Below, piece after piece: positions 24,052-36,535 of a stretch of DNA of 64,000 nt. Within the stretch, counting starts at the first letter, position 1; the number at the start of each line of letters is the position of its first letter. A program made the translations under genes and the position numbers. The stretch comes from Babesia bigemina (taxonomy: Eukaryota): assembly GCF_000981445.1 (NCBI RefSeq), contig NC_027219.1, positions 124,001-188,000 of the forward strand, given 5' to 3'. The notes under the pieces were generated by a model. The model did no database searches. It saw only the letters and a program-made list of their open reading frames with translations, and was not told where the DNA came from.

Positions 24052-24304
24052 TTTGAGTGCCGTCTGTGTCCACTTCCTCAAGCAGTTGTGTCACGCTAAC
24101 GAGTTCGTCGTATTGGCACAGGCGAACACCGCCCACAGCACATACAACTGTTGCCAATTTAATAATAGCGGGATGTGTATGTTCCCAAGCAACACCGGCC
24201 AGCAGTCCGTGCTTTGCCGTGGCCACACACTTCGCGAGGGGGAAGGGCAGTGCAACTACATGTATACAACTACGAGGCTTTGATTTATATTGAGCAATAC
24301 ACGT

Positions 24305-25256
24305 TCATTGGGATTCATAGGTGTGGCAGCATATGGATGCGCCAGTCCGCTTCACAGCGGGTTGTTCGGCATTAGTTTTCGCCATAAGTCCATAGATGAT
24401 CTTGTTGGTGGTGGCTTCCGCCGACTTGTTGGCGATTTGCGTGACAGTCATGTCGTTGTTGACGATCACTGGCCCATTGTAGCTGTGTCCCAGGGGCACG
24501 GTGTCAAACAGCGAGCTGGAAGTCTTGTGAATTGTGCTTTGGGGGTTAATGGTGGTGAGGCTGGACGCCGTTTGTCGCTGCGAGTAGTAGTAGACGGGTC
24601 CCCCGCTAGTGCCAACGGTCCTCCTCTCTAGCCAGCTGGCGCCATTCTGTGAAGGCGTGATGTAGGCACCCTCCATCTGCGCGTACACCGGATTGTCACC
24701 GTGCTGCCATACCATGACAGACGACCTAGTTGAATCCTTGTATTCCTTCACCACCTTTTTGATGTCCTTGAATATCTGATACACTCGAACCTTGTGCCCA
24801 GGCAGCCACGTGGTGTTGTTGTAAGCTTGGATCTCATCCAGCACGTCGGTGGTGAGGCATGTTAGGGAGTCCACCTGCATGCTGTCACATATATCGCATT
24901 TGCAACTAACGCTGTCGAAACCCGCATTGATGAAGTGCTGTGCGATACAGGATGTCGAGTTGTTGCGCTTGAAAAGTTCGCGTACATGCTGTTTCGCTTC
25001 GTCGAGGTTTTTGTCTGTATCTGTTGTAATCGCGAAAACCAAACATACCCATAAGCCAGGTCTTCGAGAAATTGGGAATGTGGCGAGGATAGTAAGTGCA
25101 TAGAATGTCGACAATGAAGAAAACGACGTTGCGCGGCTTATGCTCTCCTATTTTCTGCCAACCGCTTTGACAGTGTGCATTAAATCAACCTACACGAGCC
25201 AAGTATACCAGCAGCTTGTCCGCCTTCTCCTGGGTCGCTGAAACGAGGCGCGCCAT
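24305..25256 (-). CDS. Hypothetical membrane protein
   Basis: 269-aa ORF 24305-25114 with hydrophobic N-terminal segments, plus a probable short first exon from ATG 25256. Confidence 0.55.
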
Positions 25257-26221
25257 CGTGACAAATGTTCACGAGGATATTTGACGACCAAACGGTGAAC
25301 AAGGATGGGTGTGTGCTGCCGAGGGCAGCGGTGTACCTACACACCAAAGCGTCGGATACAACACGCCGATATTTTATCCTTGCGCATTAAAATATGCTAT
25401 TTGTCGCTCACAACGTACTTTGTGAAACCGCGAACTGGCAGCGTAGCGGCACGCGTCGTGATGCTATCGTGGCAGTTAAGTGCCTACAGGTGCGTCACGT
25501 TCTACCACAGTAGACAGGCGTCAAAACTCGCTTTTCGCAGCGGATCATAACGGCGTGTCCGTTATAATGCACAACAGTCGGTGCAGAAGTCACCGAAGAA
25601 GACATTTATCAGTGTATGGTTTTTGCGTCTTTTCTTAATTTACACTGTAACTCAAGTACTTTAAATAAGCCTTTTTATAATAGCGCGGGCTTCAGTACAG
25701 GTATTTAGTAACACATTGGGCAATATGATGAGATTTGTGGCTTGTCCGTACCGCAGTGGCATCGATGCACTTGCGCTTTGGTGAGAGCGCACATACGAAT
25801 CGCTTGTCGTGAGCTTGCACGAACACAACGCAATGTTGCACGTTGTATAATTTAATATACTATACTGATCATCGCCGGACAGTTTTCCCACATTGTTGTG
25901 TTATACTTGTGCCTGTCTATATCCGGGCTGTGTTGAGGAAAATTGCCGCTGTCTTGTGCAGTATACGTGATAGCTGATCATTCTTAACGCGGTGTGTTTA
26001 ATGACTCTGTCTGTGATCCATCTTCATCCGACAGTGTCTAAGTCGGACTAGCGAACTTGCTGGCTATTATTTTTGTCATAGTGGTACAACGAGCAGTGAA
26101 TTCGCGTCATTGGTGAACAAGTGGTTATATTTGTGGCACTTAGTTTGTCCGTATGGATTTTTTCAGCTTTTAACCCGTGGGTGTCGACAGCGCGGACACC
26201 TCTTCCGGAGACGAGGTTGCG

Positions 26222-27682
26222 ATGAATACGGCTAAGACATTGCGCACATCGAACTTTAAGGAAAGAAAAAAGCGTAACCATGACGGAAGCGCGACTTCTG
26301 CCGTCGCTGGCATCCTTTTGGGAGGCCTTCGCAAACACAAGATAGGCTTGGGAGACGACTCCTCCGGCGCGCTTTGCGATCCTCTTCTGAAGAACGGTAA
26401 CAAGCGTGTCGTCATCAAGGCTGGGTCCATTAAGAACGATTGGTTGGGGCTATGGAAAGCGCCGCTCCGCAATCCCTTCAACATGTACGGTACCGTTCCA
26501 TCGCAAATTATGTTAAGGGACAAGAGAAAGACCTTTTCGTTTCCACCACTTACGGATGGTTCAGGAGAGTCTACGGATGCCGTGGACATTCGCGAATGTA
26601 TTGACTCAATCAAGATATCTTCCGTCGCGGGTGAAGATGCAGTTGCTGGTGTCTGCAAGGACGTTGCGGATCGGCTACCGGTGACAGGCTCTCTTGATGT
26701 CAACCGCATAAGTACGATATTATCTGAACCAAAGAGCTCACGATCTAGCGTCACTGCTTCTACTGCAAGGAGCACGATAGACAGTTTCCGCTACTCTGAC
26801 TCGTTTGACGACCTGGTGCCGGAGGGTTCAGCTGGACCATCTTCGTCGTCGCATTTAGAGGTACTGCTGAATAATCTCTACATCACCACTGGAAACGGGT
26901 TCCTTTCTGGATCTTTACCAGAAAATCCATGGAAGAATAAAAATCAAGTGGATGCGGACTTTATCGCAGTGTCATTGGCACGCAGGCGACATTCGAATCC
27001 TGCCCTGCTTCTCTTCCACGACTTGGAAGCGATTGTGTCGGCACCGTCACGGTTTTGCAGATGTGGCTTTCCCCATTTGCCTCATCACTCTGTGGCTTGT
27101 AGCCTGTGCACCGGTGCAACTTCGGATCGATTTGGCAGCGTGTCGGCAAACAGCATATCGCACGGGACGACCAGCCCACGTTTGAGCTCACCGGCTCTGC
27201 GAAACAATCAGTCGCATGATGCGAGGGCATCGAACCACAAAATACCATCCGAGGAAGAGATGCTGCTATGGAGCGCATCTACCGACTCTGCGCGTGCAAC
27301 AATCCGTAGGGCGGGTGTCATCCAGCGCCCTGTGAAGTTTGACGTGAATGACGATTTCATGGTGACAGATGCGGATGATTATGCCGCCCTACAGACGCGC
27401 TTTGGCCGAATCATTTATTCTCCAAAATTCAAGGACCAGCATTACATGTACCGCTTTGTTGTACTAACTAAAGAGGCACAGGAAGCGGTGGAGGCGCTAA
27501 GTCGCACATTGCCAAATAACGGAAAACTGCCATGTTCGTACATTCCATCCATGGGGGGGAAACGTTTCTTGACGGAGTTCGAGATAGTTAGACAGCTTGG
27601 CATCCAGATGTCACCCGGTTGGGAGCACTTCATGTACTTCAAGAACACACAGAAAGAGCTTGTGCTCAGGAAACGGCTCTGA
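26222..27682 (+). CDS. CKS: CDK regulatory subunit (CKS domain) protein with a long N-terminal extension
   Basis: C-terminal IIYSPKFKDQHYMYRFVVL...LTEFEIVRQLGIQMSPGWEHFM...LVLRKRL aligns with the Cks1/Suc1 consensus. The first ATG is at 26222. Confidence 0.85.
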   Translation: MNTAKTLRTSNFKERKKRNHDGSATSAVAGILLGGLRKHKIGLGDDSSGALCDPLLKNGNKRVVIKAGSIKNDWLGLWKAPLRNPFNMYGTVPSQIMLRDKRKTFSFPPLTDGSGESTDAVDIRECIDSIKISSVAGEDAVAGVCKDVADRLPVTGSLDVNRISTILSEPKSSRSSVTASTARSTIDSFRYSDSFDDLVPEGSAGPSSSSHLEVLLNNLYITTGNGFLSGSLPENPWKNKNQVDADFIAVSLARRRHSNPALLLFHDLEAIVSAPSRFCRCGFPHLPHHSVACSLCTGATSDRFGSVSANSISHGTTSPRLSSPALRNNQSHDARASNHKIPSEEEMLLWSASTDSARATIRRAGVIQRPVKFDVNDDFMVTDADDYAALQTRFGRIIYSPKFKDQHYMYRFVVLTKEAQEAVEALSRTLPNNGKLPCSYIPSMGGKRFLTEFEIVRQLGIQMSPGWEHFMYFKNTQKELVLRKRL

Positions 27683-27884
27683 ACCTAGCGGCAATATGAC
27701 AAAGTACATTTACTTCTTTTAAAAAGTCTTTACACAATAGCTTGTCCTTTCGAGCATCGCTGTGATTTAGGTTGACTGACTCTTTACACAGACCTCTGTA
27801 ACAGTTGGTGCATTAGCCCTGTTCAGAGAGCGCGTATTTAGAGGGTGTTGGATCCGCACTGATCATGTAGTCATTATTGCTCCA

Positions 27885-28566
27885 CTACTTGGCCCCGCCC
27901 ATGACTGGTAGCTCTGGAACGAAGTCATCCTCGTCGCTGTCATCGATCAATGAAACCTTTGGCGCTAACAAATTTGCATCTTCGAGCACCATTCGCTTAG
28001 GCAGTGGCGGTAAATCAACGTCCAGATAAGAGGAAAGTCTGAGGCAGTCGTCCACAAATTCGTCCATGTGCTTGAGCTCGTAACCTGCGTATCGTTTCGT
28101 CATTTCGTCGGCAACGTACTTCCATCGTTTAATCTGAAACGCAATTTACGGTAGTCGCTGTATATTGGCTCGAGGGTCTCGTACACTTTTACCGAGCTGC
28201 CCACTAGGCGCCTAAAATGCATTACAAGTGGTTGCTTGGAGCCTACATATAATAAATGCCTAGGGCGCGGAGATACTTGAATTCCGTGTTACGTATATAC
28301 TCCTCAATAATATCAAGATCAGGCTGTATTTGCAAAAGTTTAAGCACCAAACATATGAAGGGAGATGGCTGCCTGTTTCCACCGAAAGTTCCGCCAACGT
28401 ATTGCAGTTCTATCGCCTTGTCAATAATGGATTCCGCTGTCAGTCCAAAACAACTCTCTTTCCAATACATGCAATTGTAGACTTTGTCTCGCATAATTTT
28501 ACTGAAAAGGAATTGCGGATTCGTTCCGTGGACGAGATGCGCTGTCGGATCCGTGCGGTTCGCCAT
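27885..28566 (-). CDS. PRP38: Pre-mRNA splicing factor PRP38A (multi-exon)
   Basis: MANRTDP..VHGTNPQ, YWKESCFGLTAE, GGTFGGNRQPSPFICLVLKLLQIQP, FKYLRALG and HMDEFVD. Confidence 0.93.
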
Positions 28567-29318
28567 TTCACAGAGGTCTTACGTACTCACATTATACTTT
28601 CAATGAAAATTTTGTTATAGCGTTGCGATATGACAGACAAACAATTAGGTTACTCTTAAAAATAGAGAACGATATTCTGTAAAATATAATGTAGCCTTCT
28701 ACTACAGAGGATAATTTAACGCTACAATTTTAGATTCCATCCCAGACACACATATTCAATGAGTAGAAAGGGTCACTTTTATATCTGCTTGGCAATGGTT
28801 CATTATGAAGACAGAAGTAAGAACACTTCGACGCTTCGTAGTCAATTGTTCGCCTCGTAAGTGAAACAAGCAGGCCGATTTACACACAAAACAAATATAT
28901 ATTTCTGGAACACATAGAATCGTAAATCTTTGTCATTGGACAAAACAATAAAATCTATTTGTTGATGTCGTTAGCACTACGCGACTACTGAGACAAAATG
29001 ATTATTCTTCATCTCCATGTAGTTATACGTTCTAGGAGTTCGATCGTGCAACCGATTAGAATTTTACTCGAATTAGACGTTAAAATCCTATACCCGTATG
29101 CGATTGTCTACAAACATCCTTACAAGGATGCAATGCAACGTTAACAAACGGTTGTCCAGTATGTATCAATTGCGTATAAAGCATATGATTAGAATTTGAA
29201 CCATCTATAGTAACTTATGTGTAGACGCTTCATGATTATATACCAAAAATTTAATTGAGGTGTATTGAATGTTCCATTCGTAACTTGGGTGCACTTTGAC
29301 GGAATTTTTTGCGATGTA

Positions 29319-32186
29319 TCAGTTAAATTGGACTTTAATGGTTGACACAACAACCCCGGTGATGGTTTCACAGTTACATACATAAGTATAAAGTTTCTTT
29401 TCCCTCTTCAAATGATCCTTTACAAAAAATACATTCCTTCTCTCGAAGAGATGAAAATGCGTACTGCGATACACACGCAACCTGTTAAACACCTTTTTCA
29501 GCAAACGTGCTTGTGGACCTTTCCTTAAGACCAGTTGGCAGTCTGGCGGATCCGTCCTATAGGGCAGAGGGCAGTAGAACCCTGCCACTTTCGCTGTTTT
29601 GAGATTTACAACGCAGCCAATTGTCTTGCCCGAGTCATCGGTCAGCGGTACCGTATCTGGCCTGAATAAGCCGTCAGATTCGCTAGGTATGCCACAGCCT
29701 TGGACGTATGGGTCGGTGGTTGGCACGTGTACCTTAGCGATCTCCCAGATAACCATGGAGCGTTCCTCCATTTCAGGCGATTCTCCGGCATGTTGTCTTT
29801 TCGTCTCATCCCATCTGTCTTGCTCTAATGATATGGGCGGCGAAATCGACCCGCATACGTAGTGTAGAGTGACATCAGTACGGCCATATCTTGAAATCAC
29901 AATGGATCCCAACGGATAGCGAATAGTGAGATCAGAGCGATCAATCAAATCACTTTCGTGGTCGACATTATAGCCAATGCTGAAACCACCTTTAGAAATC
30001 ATGACCGTATTAAGGTCAGCAGTTGTGAGTGTATATTCATCACCTGTCTTAACCAAATTGACAAACTCGTTGCTGTCGTTATAAGGAAACCAGGTGGCAT
30101 AAGACTTCGATACATCCTCATCTTGGCGCAGCATAACGGTATCGTTGTCGAAATGATCACCTTGCAGGTTGGAATCAACCGGAGATTTGAAAGGCACCAC
30201 GTCACCCGGTAGTGGTACACTCTGGAAATTCGTCATCCCCTTGGGTGGTGTGCACAAAAGGCCGTTGAGCGTACCTGCTGATACTCGCAATACTTTCTGC
30301 TCATTGTAAACGTCCGACACAGGTATTACAATTTTATCGTGCCTGAGCATACCGCCCACGTCATAAGACTTGATTCGTGGAACCATGATCATTGACTTAA
30401 TATCCGGTGACTGTCCCTTCATGGTGTATTTCTGTGGAATCTGGTTGAATGTCACCCTCCATGTCTCTACTCCGTCGTCATTAATGCAGCTGCAGTGAAG
30501 ACTGAAGGGGTTGGTGAAGGATTCTTCGACCTTGAAGTCACGGAGGTTGTCAATGTTTCTGTATGAGTAAGACCTCATCCCACGCGGAAGAGGAATCACT
30601 GCGGTTCTGTTGGCATTGAAGGTCAACGATGCGCAATTCTTCGGAACCATATGTTCGCCAGAATTACACTGGATACGCGCGGTGTCGGCCATGTCAGTGA
30701 AATACTGGCTTACTCTCGCCGGATTATTCAACGCGTCTGCTGCTGCATCCCCAGCGTAGCTTTCATTCGGTGACCCATAAGCAATTGTAACCTTGATTGT
30801 GGATGTCACACTCGTGTGGTCGCTACCACCCTTGTGCAGACACCGGAAATAGAAGGACGCCGGATCTCTGTCAGCGGGCTCTGCCTCCGACACCTTATGC
30901 TGTATGTACACCACTCCGTCGGAGAGCAAAGCGCTATCGACTTCAACAACCTTAGGGTCCACGACAGAAATGAGTGGTACTGTGCCGTATACAAGCGTGT
31001 TCTCACCTGCCGTGCGAGTCAGCGCCTCTACGTCTGGTTTCGCCGGCATGAAGGTGGAGATGGGTCCGCTGACATTGTCGCCCCCTAGCAGAGCCTCTCT
31101 AACTTCGGAGGATAGTTCGTTCGCAGTAACCGGGAAGAGGATTTCTAGAGAACTGCCAGGGTAGAGCACAACGTCGCACCAGTCGCCGGCAATGGGCCTC
31201 GACAGGTGTTGCGTCAGCTTCGCGCTGAGGTCGCAGACGTGCCGCTCCTTGCTCGTGATTTCGATGACCGCAGTTACTGTGTTTGTCGCCTTGTCGATGC
31301 ATCGGCAGCGCCCAGAGAAGGGCGACGTAATGCTGGAACGGTCGTAACGCATCGCAAGCATAGTGCCGCCTTCATATCCGCTGGAGCTCACGTCCACCTT
31401 GAACGGCATCCTACTCAACATATCATTGTTGCCATAGTACAGCGAGAATGGGCAGTTGGCGGGTTCTATCCTGCCTTTGCAGTAGAAGCCCACGTCGGGG
31501 GTCTCCATCACGTCCACGACGCACGATGTCCCAGTCGACACCTTACCCCACCCATCCAGCAGGAATGGCGCGCTCATGCTTCCACATCCCGTGTACGCAC
31601 GTGGAACGCTGCTCAGTGACACGCGCACTATACCCAACATTGGCGAACCCTTCTTACTGTACTTGCATCTACTTCTCTCTTCTTCATTCAGCGACGCAGA
31701 TGACAAGCACGCGCCAAGACCCTTGTGCACACCGTCTGCATTATCAGCTGGCGCACAGTGCACATCGAAGCTCTCCACGTCATAACGTACAATGTCTGAG
31801 CTTAGGCCCTGGTTGAGTAACATCCTCGTCATCCCGAATTGCTGTCTCAGCTTAGGCTGGTTATCGGCTGACTCAAATCGCACCACATCGTTTATGTTCA
31901 CTTTCTGGTATACTCCGTCTATGGTCGCGTAGACGTAAATATCTCCACTCGGAATGCTCTCGCTTCTGTTGGGAAGTAAGTCGTAACTGTACTCACCCTT
32001 TGCCCTGGGGCATATAATCTCGAGCGCGTTATGTTTGGATAGATAGACTAAATGGACGAGTATCTTGCCGTTTTCTGGTATTTCGTGGTTCAGGAAGTTT
32101 ATAATTCTATTATTTTTTGTCACCGGTAAATTGGCGCCTACTGCCACAACAAAATGGGCTACCACAAGGATCAATATCCGCATCAT
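29319..32186 (-). CDS. 6-Cys (s48/45-domain) protein, paralog 1
   Basis: Signal peptide (MMRILILVVAHFVVAVGA) and repeated s48/45-type Cys patterns (LEIICP; YTGCG..CVVD..VGFYC..PANCPF..CRC; VCD..CDV; VQGCG..CVVN..AGFYCP..PPDC..CNC). Intronless, with no GPI tail. The ORF track start at 32243 is non-ATG. Confidence 0.85.
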   Translation of the reverse strand: MMRILILVVAHFVVAVGANLPVTKNNRIINFLNHEIPENGKILVHLVYLSKHNALEIICPRAKGEYSYDLLPNRSESIPSGDIYVYATIDGVYQKVNINDVVRFESADNQPKLRQQFGMTRMLLNQGLSSDIVRYDVESFDVHCAPADNADGVHKGLGACLSSASLNEEERSRCKYSKKGSPMLGIVRVSLSSVPRAYTGCGSMSAPFLLDGWGKVSTGTSCVVDVMETPDVGFYCKGRIEPANCPFSLYYGNNDMLSRMPFKVDVSSSGYEGGTMLAMRYDRSSITSPFSGRCRCIDKATNTVTAVIEITSKERHVCDLSAKLTQHLSRPIAGDWCDVVLYPGSSLEILFPVTANELSSEVREALLGGDNVSGPISTFMPAKPDVEALTRTAGENTLVYGTVPLISVVDPKVVEVDSALLSDGVVYIQHKVSEAEPADRDPASFYFRCLHKGGSDHTSVTSTIKVTIAYGSPNESYAGDAAADALNNPARVSQYFTDMADTARIQCNSGEHMVPKNCASLTFNANRTAVIPLPRGMRSYSYRNIDNLRDFKVEESFTNPFSLHCSCINDDGVETWRVTFNQIPQKYTMKGQSPDIKSMIMVPRIKSYDVGGMLRHDKIVIPVSDVYNEQKVLRVSAGTLNGLLCTPPKGMTNFQSVPLPGDVVPFKSPVDSNLQGDHFDNDTVMLRQDEDVSKSYATWFPYNDSNEFVNLVKTGDEYTLTTADLNTVMISKGGFSIGYNVDHESDLIDRSDLTIRYPLGSIVISRYGRTDVTLHYVCGSISPPISLEQDRWDETKRQHAGESPEMEERSMVIWEIAKVHVPTTDPYVQGCGIPSESDGLFRPDTVPLTDDSGKTIGCVVNLKTAKVAGFYCPLPYRTDPPDCQLVLRKGPQARLLKKVFNRLRVYRSTHFHLFERRNVFFVKDHLKREKKLYTYVCNCETITGVVVSTIKVQFN

Positions 32187-32547
32187 CGTGAATTTATTAA
32201 TGCAAATACATGACCTGTAGCTTGATTCTGCAGCTAGAGCCAACTATCCAGCGATGAACTTTCTTTGAGCGACGAAGCTTTTATAAAAATCACAAATAAT
32301 GGGTCTTTTGTATATAACAACGGAGTATTAACGAATTAGAAACTCTGAATAGGAGGGACAAACTTAATTTTATCAACTGACATTTCAAACTTTAGCTTAG
32401 TTAAATATGCAATAGCGTAGAACAGAAAACTCACGTTGCGTTCCTTAATTCATGAACCAGAAGCGATTCAATAGCTCTGTTTTGGAATAACACGAGGCAT
32501 TTGCTTAATTAAGACGATTAACTTGATAACCTTTAGGTCTACTGCAT

Positions 32548-32940
32548 TATCTCACAGACGCGGTTCAGGGAGTGAAATTTCATGGGCCTTGCGAAGCGTT
32601 GATTTGTTTCAAACAGCGAAGAAATTCAAAGGAGGCGACCTATGTTTGACCGTGTAACATAAACAAAGGCGCATTAAAAGCTAGTAAATCCACGAACGTA
32701 GCGGCAGTTGGCAGTGTTGCAACTCACGCCATAGGCCTAATTGACGTCTGCAAAACTTTTCATGCAATCTCCAGGCCCATCGATGAGTTAGGCAGATTCG
32801 TCACGTCGCCACGCCTTTTGGAATCACGCATATTCTTCAAACGTTGGAATCACGGCACACTACAACTTACACATACCTTCTTCTTAATGACAACGGCCCA
32901 ATTAGGACGCGCCGCAGCAACAGCGAACGCAGTTGCGCGT
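32548..32940. repeat. 393-bp direct repeat, copy A (upstream of 6-Cys paralog 1)
   Basis: By inspection identical to 40271-40663 (tatctcacagacgcgg...cagttgcgcgt). Confidence 0.95.
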
Positions 32941-33223
32941 GAGAAACATGATTTTTTAATCTAAAATAAGGTACTTTCTTTTTAATTTTGTTGTAAACTG
33001 TTATGTTCCGACAGTACCTTTGCAGCGGCGCTTATAGGATTAGTCTCATCTATGGATTGTGTTGTATAATCATTTAGATATCATTCTCTTTAATTGCGTA
33101 TCGTTCACCAAAACAATTTCAATGGCATAATATAGCTTTAATTATTAGTAGGTTATCGCCTCAACCGGATGCACAAAAATCATTTTATTAGAAGAATGTC
33201 TTTTTAAGTAACACTGAATACAA

Positions 33224-34636
33224 ATGCATTTGTCTCTATGTTGTAACACTTTGTTGAATCCTGCTGTAATTGGCGATTCAAATGAGGACGCGTATGTGAA
33301 GTCTGCGCAATTTAGCCCCGACGGTGCTGTTTTTCTCGCCATATTCAACGATTCGCGGTTATCAATATATCATACACCGGAAGTCGATCATAGTTAAGTT
33401 TCTATTACATTTAGTCGTATGTGATAACAGATCTCATCAGAGGGGAGGACAAAAATATTCCCGACTATGCCCCTGCTACTGTTTCATCAATGTTAGAATT
33501 GCGCTGTAACGATGACATCAGAGGCGCGTGCTTTTTTCCAAATTTTAATTACGCAGTTCCGGACTCATGCTGTTTGCTGATTGCCTCACGAGGAAACCCC
33601 GTAAGACGCAATTGAATATTTCGGACCAATTTCAGGTGCATCTCCATGACACGCAAACAGGGAAACGACATTTCACGTATAAACCTATCAGTCGGCAAGA
33701 GGAGTTGGTGGAAACATATTCACTAGATTTTCATCCGCTTGGCAAATATTTCATTGCTGGCAGTCGAGGAACAATTCATATTTTTGACATCGAATCACCA
33801 GGCAGCGATATTGAGGCAAGTGAAACACCCACACAGGGTGTTATAGATTGCGATGTTACATAACCTCTGTAAACTGATGGTCCACTGGTGACGGCACGTT
33901 GGGTGACATGCATGGGCATATTGGATAATCGTCACGCATATTCTCACCCTGCATCAGGTCCGCAAGATTTATGCAAAAATAGGAGGAACCTTTGGCATTG
34001 TTTCATCCATATCTCATAATCCACACGCTTATAACGTATACGCGTGCGGTGATTATAATTCGTTAATTGGTGTATTCGACCACAACATATCGCGACACGA
34101 AAGTCTCACCAAACCATTCACTGACAGTGAACGACAGATGGGACCTATTACCCATGTATGTTTACCTGATCTTCATTTCGGCATTTTGCAGTTACGGTGG
34201 TTAAATGAGCACATATTGCTAGAAGGAGGTCGTACCGACGCCTACGTGCGTGCTTTTGACATTCGTGGAACAAGTAACGCACCCATCATGCGTTGTAAAA
34301 GGACAGTAGTGAATAATCAAAAGGTTACATTCGATATCAAAGATGGTGCTCTCGTATCAGGTATGTCATCATGCCATCAGTAAATGGGTTTTACCAGGCA
34401 CATCCAACGGGGACGTCGTAGCTTATGAAACAGCAACTGCGGAATGTCAAATGGTCACTAAGATATCAGCAAACCCGGTTACCAGCGCGCAGTTCCATCC
34501 AACCTTGCCCTTGTTACTGACTGCGAGCGGGACCAGGACATTCCAGTCATACAAGGGCGATATCGATAGCGATACCGACACTATTTCTGATTCTACGGTT
34601 AAGTTGTGGTTCGTTTCCACAGATTCACAAACATAG
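33224..34636 (+). CDS. TCAB1: WD40 protein TCAB1/WRAP53 (telomerase Cajal body protein 1), multi-exon
   Basis: YVKSAQFSPDG, ASRGNPVHLHD..G....TYK..S.QEELVETYSLDFHPLG, NNQKVTFDI and FHPTLPLLLTASGTRTF match the TCAB1/WDR79 pattern. Confidence 0.8.
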
Positions 34637-34744
34637 AAAGCGTAAAGGTGGTCAAGTAAAACACAGCATAATTCAATGTACAACTTTACTGAATTGTGTG
34701 AAACAAAGGAAACGCTTCCGCGCCTGAATGCGTGTTCAAGCGTT

Positions 34745-36535
34745 TTATTGACTGATTCGCATGATGTAGATGTTTGATGTATAACTAACTGCGATGCTAA
34801 TTAGTGAACGGTTGATGTTTGTGCAACCAGATAGGTTTATGGTCAGGTTGCTTCCTTCGCTGTTTGCTGATAACCAACAGATCGCGTGAACGCACGACTT
34901 GACTGTTTCCCACGTCCTCGAATTAACCACATAATTTGTGCTTCATGAAGCGCGGCAAGGGACTTCATCTCTCCAACTAATGCGTGCACGCGACTTTCTT
35001 CGTCGGAATTCTGCAGCTTGTTCAAATGCGTATCCAGTAACGATCCGATCGTAGACACGCGTTGCGATACAATCTCACTGACGGAATTCAACAAACTACT
35101 GATGCGCCTGAACGTTGCCTGATCTAAAGGGCGGTAGTAGCTGCTCGGTAGTATTGTGCTGTGGGCACCCGATGAGAGCTAATACACTGTTAAGATTCCA
35201 GCAGACAAACTAACCAAAGTGTGGAACTGTTTGAAATGAATCAATGTTTGTTGAACTTGTTCACAAAGCTGAAATAATGGGTCTATCTTCTTGACGAAAG
35301 ACGTCACGCTCTCTATATCAGTGGAAATGGCATTGGCACGCATTAGCATTTTTTCGCAGAGTTGCAACGCCCTACTGGCCTCAGATCTCTGTGTAAGATG
35401 TTTTTTCTGTTAAAAGGCAAACATACCACCAGAGGATCGAAGTAGTACGAGAACGCAAACCATCTGTTTGTGTATCTTGTCGCAGCATTGAAATACTTGA
35501 AGACTTGTTGCATGTCAGACTTTAAGTTCTGAACCTTCTGTTCCATATCTACCTTCCACAACTTGAATGCGAAGTCAGACTCCATAGTATCTAGGAGCTT
35601 TTGACTACTGGCCATCAAGGCATCCTGAAGATAATTTCACATTTGAATATCAAGAGACGTACCCGTTTAGCTAACACAAATTTCTCGACGAGTTCATCCG
35701 AATTCATACACAAGTTGAGAGATAAATTCTGATCAACGTCCTTCATCATGGAAAAGATAAACGGTAGGATAATATTCCTACACAAACTGTTGTATGCTTC
35801 ATCGTGCACAGCTGCGCATAGTTGAACGTTTTCAACGTATTAACCTACGGTGTATGTAGCTATTGCAATATCCCTGATAGCCACCGTCTATGCAATATTT
35901 CGGATGTTGAAAGGCTTTTCCGATGCTCTGGCAGTGGTTGTAGCTATCAGCCATAGACTTGCAATCATCCAGCTCGTTGTTCTTGAAGGAAATTTGCACC
36001 CCATCTGAAGGCGTCTATTACTCTAACATGCAAACATACCCCGTTGTAAAACAAAGCTCAGTTTGCAAAACACTAGCGGGTCAGTAATAGTCAGGGTTTC
36101 ATAGTTGATCCCCGAGCAGTTGCATTCACTCAGATCAGAATCAGTCTCCTGCATACATGAATTCAATATGGATACAAACTTCGACTTGATATGTTCACAG
36201 TTGGGCACTGTTTTGCTGGGAGAGTATTTGGTTTCGCAGAGCACAGGTGCAACCTTCTTGTAGCAATAGTGGTCCCCTCGTCCTGCCGACGCCAACACAT
36301 CTTCTCCCAAGAATGTGTAGTCTTTACACTTGTCAATGTCGACGAGATCCAGAAGCTGTCGTTTGCTAAGAAGCGTTATGGAATATACCACGTTGCGGCA
36401 TATGGCATCGACGGTTGAAGATTCAGAACGAAGGACATTTGATTGGACACCATTCGTGAGCATTAAAAGCCATAAAACTGGTACGAAGCACATAATGCTG
36501 CACAAGTAATCATTTCGCATGATTGTATACGACAT
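34745..36535 (-). CDS. Hypothetical multi-exon, largely helical protein
   Basis: A chain of same-strand ORF fragments (36023-36535, 35615-35809, 35343-35618, 35179-35367, 34843-35094) is separated by intron-sized gaps. No family recognised; both ends are approximate. Confidence 0.45.

Noticed and set aside
30806..31816. Recurrent small ORFs within the 6-Cys genes (also at 38546-39556 and 47944-48954)
   Set aside because: They are shadow ORFs of the GC-rich repeated core and recur only because the DNA is duplicated.
32548..32940. 393-bp repeat as a transposon, LTR or MITE
   Set aside because: No terminal inverted repeats, target-site duplication, TG..CA ends or transposase/RT ORF is visible.
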